Of a DNA stretch of 64,000 bases, positions 60,301-64,000 are shown one piece after another. The notes below the pieces were generated by a model. It was not told where the DNA came from, made no database searches, and worked only from the letters and a program-made list of their open reading frames with translations. The stretch spans positions 25,420,001 through 25,484,000 of the forward strand of contig OZ024743.1 of NCBI GenBank assembly GCA_964016885.1, in the 5' to 3' direction. Numbering within the stretch: position 1 is the stretch's first letter; each line of letters starts with the position of its first letter. Source of the DNA: Eledone cirrhosa. Taxonomy: Eukaryota. Position numbers and translations under genes: made by a program.

Positions 60301-63300
60301 TGTGTTCGGACCTGGTGTAGTTAAGAGATAGGGAGGGTGAGAGAAATGGAGCCTTGACAGTGGGAGTTCGGCCCCTCTGTGTTCGGACCTGGCAGAATTA
60401 AGAGATGGAGAGGGTGAGAGAGATGGAGACTTGACAATGGGAGTTCGGCTCCTCTGTGTTCGGACCTGGTGTAGTTAAGAGATGGGGAGGGTGAGAGAGA
60501 TGGAGGCTTGACAGTGGGAGTTCGACCCCTCTGTGTTCGGACCTGGTGTACTTGAGAGATGGGGATGGTGAGGGAGATGGAGGCTTGACAGTGGGAGTTC
60601 GGCTCCTCTGCGTTCGGACCTGGTGTACTTGAGAGATGGGAAGGGCGAGAGAGATGGAGGCTTGACAGTGGGAGTGCGGCTCCTCTGTGTTCGGACCTGG
60701 TGTAGTTAAGAGATGGGGAGGGTGAGAGAGATTGGGGCTTGACAGTGGGAGTTTGGCTCCTCTGTGTTCGGACCTGGTGTACTTGAGAGATGGGGAGGGT
60801 GAGAGAAATTGGGGCTTGACAGTGGGAGTTTGGCTCCTCTAATTTCGGACCTGGTGTACTTGAGAGATGGGGAGGGTGAGAGAGATGGAGGCTTGACAGT
60901 GGGAGTTCGGCTCCTCTGAGTTCGGACCTGGTGTACTTGAGAGATGGGGAGGGTGAGAGAGATGGAGGTTTGACAGTGAGAGTTCGGCTTCTCTGTGTTT
61001 GGACCTGCGGTACTTGAGAGATGGGGAGGGTGAGAGAGATGGAGGCTTGACAGTGGGAGTTCGGCCCCTCTGTGTTCGGACCTGGTGTAGTTAAGAGATA
61101 GGGAGGGTGAGAGAAATGGAGCCTTGACAGTGGGAGTTCGGCCCCTCTGTGTTCGGACCTGGTGTAGTTAAGAGATAGGGAGGGTGAGAGAGATGGAGGC
61201 TTGACAGTGGGAGTTCTGGTTCCTCTGTGTTCGGACCTGTTGTACTTGAGAGATGGGGATGGTGAGGGAGATGGAGGCTTGACAGTGGGAGTTCGGCTCC
61301 TCTGAGTTCGGACCTGGCAGAATTAAGAGATGGAGAGGGTTAGAGAGATGGAGGCTTGACAGTGGAAATTCGGCTGCTCTGTGTTCGGACCTGGTGTAGT
61401 TGAGTGATGGGGAGCGTGAGAGAGATAGAGGCATGAGAGTGTGAGTTCGGCTCCTCTCTGTTCGGACCTGGTGTAGTTAAGAGATGGGGAGGGTGAGAGA
61501 GATGGAGACTTGACAGTGGGAGTTCGGCTCCTCTGTGTTCGGACCTGGTGTAGTTAAGAGATGGGGAGGGTGAGAGAGATGGAGGTTTGACAGTGGGAGT
61601 TCGTTTCCTCTGTGTTCGAACCTGGTGTAGTTAAGAGATGGGGAGGGTGAGAGAGATGGAGACTTGACAGTGGGAATTCGGCTCCTCTGTGTTCGGACCT
61701 GGTGTAGTTAAGAGATGGGGAGGGTGAGAGAGATGGAGGTTTGACAGTGGCAGTTCGGCTCCTCTGTGTTCGGACCTGGTGTAGTTAAGAGATAGGGAGG
61801 GTGAGAGAGATGGAGACTTGACAGTGGGAGTTCGGCTCCTCTGTGTTCGGACCTGGTGTAGTTAAGAGATGGGGAGGGTGAGAGAGACGGAGCCTTGACA
61901 GTGGGAGTTCGGCTCCTCTGTGTTGGGACCTGGTGTACTTGAGAGATAGGGAAGGCGAGAGATATGGTGGCTTGACAGTGGGAGTTCGGCTCCTCTGTGT
62001 TCGGACCTGGTGTACTTGAGAGATGGGGAGGGTGAGAGAGATGGAGGCTTGACAGTGGGAGTGCGGCTCCTCTGTGTTCGGACCTGGTGTAGTTAAGAGA
62101 TGGGGAGGGTGAGAGAGATTGGGGCTTGACAGTGGGAGTTCGGCTCCTCTGTGTTGCGACCTGGTGTACTTGAGAGATGGGAAGGGCGAGAGAGATGGAG
62201 GCTTGACAGTGGGAGTGCGGGTCCTCTGTGTTCGGACCTGGCGTAGTTAAGAGATGGGGAGGGTGAGAGAGATTGGGGCTTGACAGTGGGAGTTTGGCTC
62301 CTCTGTGTTCGGACCTGGTGTACTTGAGAGATGGGGAGGGTGAGAGAGATTGGGGCTTGACAGCGGGAGTTAGGCTCCTCTGTGTTCGGACCTGGTGTAC
62401 TTGAGAGATGGGGAGGGTGAGAGAGATTGGGGCTTGACAGTGGGAGTTTGGCTCCTCTGTGTTCGGACCTGGTGTACTTGAGAGATGGGGAGGGTGAGAG
62501 AGATGGAGACTTGACAGTGGGAGTTCTGGTTCCTCTGTGTTTGGAACTGGTGTACTTGAGAGATGGGGAGGGTGAGAGAGATGGAAACTTGACAGTGGAA
62601 ATTCGGCTGCTCTGTGTTCGGACCTGGTGTACTTGAGAGATGGGGAGGGTGAGAGAGATGGAGGCTTGACAGTGGGAGTTCGGCTCCTCTGTGTTCGGAC
62701 CTGGTGTAGTTAAGAGATGGGGAGGGTGAGAGAGATGGAGGCTTGACAGTGAGAGTTCGGCTTCTCTGTGTTTGGACCTGCGGTACTTGAGAGATGGGGA
62801 GGGTGAAAGAGATGGAGGCTTGACAGTGGGAGTTCGGCTCCTCTGTGTTCGGACCTGGTGTAGTTAAGAGATAGGGAGGGTGAGAGAAATGGAGCCTTGA
62901 CAGTGGGAGTTCGGCCCCTCTGTGTTCGGACCTGGTGTAGTTAAGAGATAGGGAGGGTGAGAGAGATGGAGGCTTGACAGTGGGAGTTCTGGTTCCTCTG
63001 TGTTCGGACCTGGTGTACTTGAGAGATGGGGATGGTGAGGGAGATGGAGGCTTGACAGTGGGAGTTCGGCTCCTCTGAGTTCGGACCTGGTGTACTTGAG
63101 AGATGGGGACTGCGAGAGAGATGGAGGCTTGACAGTGGGAGTTCGGCTCCTCTGTGTTCGGACCTGGCAGAATTAAGAGATGGAGAGGGTGAGAGAGATG
63201 GAGGCTTGACAGTGGAAATTCGGCTGCTCTGTTTTCGGACCTGGTGTAGTTGAGTGATGGGGAGGGTGAGAGAGATAGAGGCATGAGAGTCTGAGTTCGG
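57400..63300. repeat. Imperfect duplication with a period of about 2.9-3.1 kb (37-40 monomers)
   Basis: GCATGAGAGTGTGAG monomers at about 58331 and 61434 are offset 3103. GTTGCGACC at 59281 and 62153 is offset 2872, which is 3 monomers fewer. Confidence 0.75.
60245..60260 (+). repeat. G16 homopolymer, the longest member of a poly-G-bearing monomer lineage (TAATAGATGGGTA-Gn)
   Basis: 16 consecutive G counted directly. Related tracts are at 38714, 41175, 43871, 51343, 52351, 54054, 55449, 56147 and 60083. Confidence 0.9.
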
Positions 63301-64000
63301 CTCCTCTGTGTTCGGACCTGGTGTAGTTAAGAGATGGGGAGGGTGAGAGAGATGGAGGCTTGACAGTGGGAGTTCGTTTCCTCTGTGTTCGAACCTGGTG
63401 TAGTTAAGAGATGGGGAGGGTGAGAGAGATGGAGACTTGACAGTGGGAATTCGGCTCCTCTGTGTTCGGACCTGGTGTAGTTAAGAGATGGGGAGGGTGA
63501 GAGAGATGGAGGTTTGACAGTGGGAGTTCGGCTCCTCTGTGTTCGGACCTGGTGTAGTTAAGAGATGGGGAGGGTCAGAGAGATGGAGGTTTGACAGTGG
63601 CAGTTCGGCTCCTCTGTGTTCGGACCTGGTGTAGTTAAGAGATGGGGAGGGTGAGAGAGATGGAGGCTTGACAGTGGGAGTTCGGCTCCTCTGTGTTCGG
63701 ACCTGGTGTAGTTAAGAGATGGGGAGGGTGAGAGAGACGGAGCCTTGACAGTGGAAGTTCGGCTCCTCTGTGTTGGGACCTGGTGTACTTGAGAGATAGG
63801 GAAGGCGAGAGAGATGGTGGCTTGACAGTGGGAGTTCGGCTCCTCTGTGTTTGGACCTGGTGTAGTTGAGAGATGGGGAGGGTGAGAGAGATGGAGGCTT
63901 GACAGTGGGAGTTCGGCTCCTCTGTGTTCGGACCTGGTGTACTTGAGAGATAGGGACGGCGAGAGAGATGGTGGCTTGACAGTGGGAGTTTGGCTCCTCT

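Larger units (their letters stand above)
1..64000. repeat. 77-bp tandem satellite array, about 830 monomers, single orientation (G-rich strand = +), running off both ends of the window
   Basis: TCCTCTGTG starts at 1 and again at 78. The same 77-bp unit continues to the last base with only substitutions and small indels. 64000/77 is about 831. Confidence 0.99.

Noticed and set aside
10878-63284. Minus-strand Ser/Pro/Leu/His-rich ORFs of 62-372 aa and a few short plus-strand ORFs
   Set aside because: They are translations of the 77-bp unit cycling through three frames. Starts and stops depend on single monomer variants, ORFs overlap in different frames (56987-57637 vs 57372-58331), and there is no unique domain or gene context.
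1-64000. CRISPR array (regular period, hairpin in the unit)
   Set aside because: There are no unique spacers because the whole unit is repeated. No leader or cas genes are present.
1-64000. Hidden insertion, inversion or transposon within the array
   Set aside because: On reading through, every segment matched the monomer in the same orientation. The largest deviations were the poly-G expansions and indels of a few bases.

Overview
The whole 64 kb window is one uninterrupted head-to-tail tandem array of a 77-bp monomer (about 830 copies), all in one orientation. Consensus: TCCTCTGTGTTCGGACCTGGTGTAGTTAAGAGATGGGGAGGGTGAGAGAGATGGAGGCTTGACAGTGGGAGTTCGGC (33 G, 19 T, 15 A, 10 C). I saw no unique sequence, gene, RNA gene, transposon or inversion. 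It looks like eukaryotic satellite DNA, but I cannot name the family or organism. The listed ORFs are best explained as by-products of the repeat. The informative signal is in the variant pattern. There is a series of local higher-order repeats (HORs) with periods of 2771, 1694, 1618, 5549, 2620, 2000 and about 3100 bp, all built from one recurring order of variant monomers. Divergence rises from left to right, one monomer lineage carries a poly-G tract in graded states, and every monomer has an imperfect hairpin. I found no evidence for a novel coding system. Periods were counted by hand from marker variants, and block boundaries are approximate to about one monomer.
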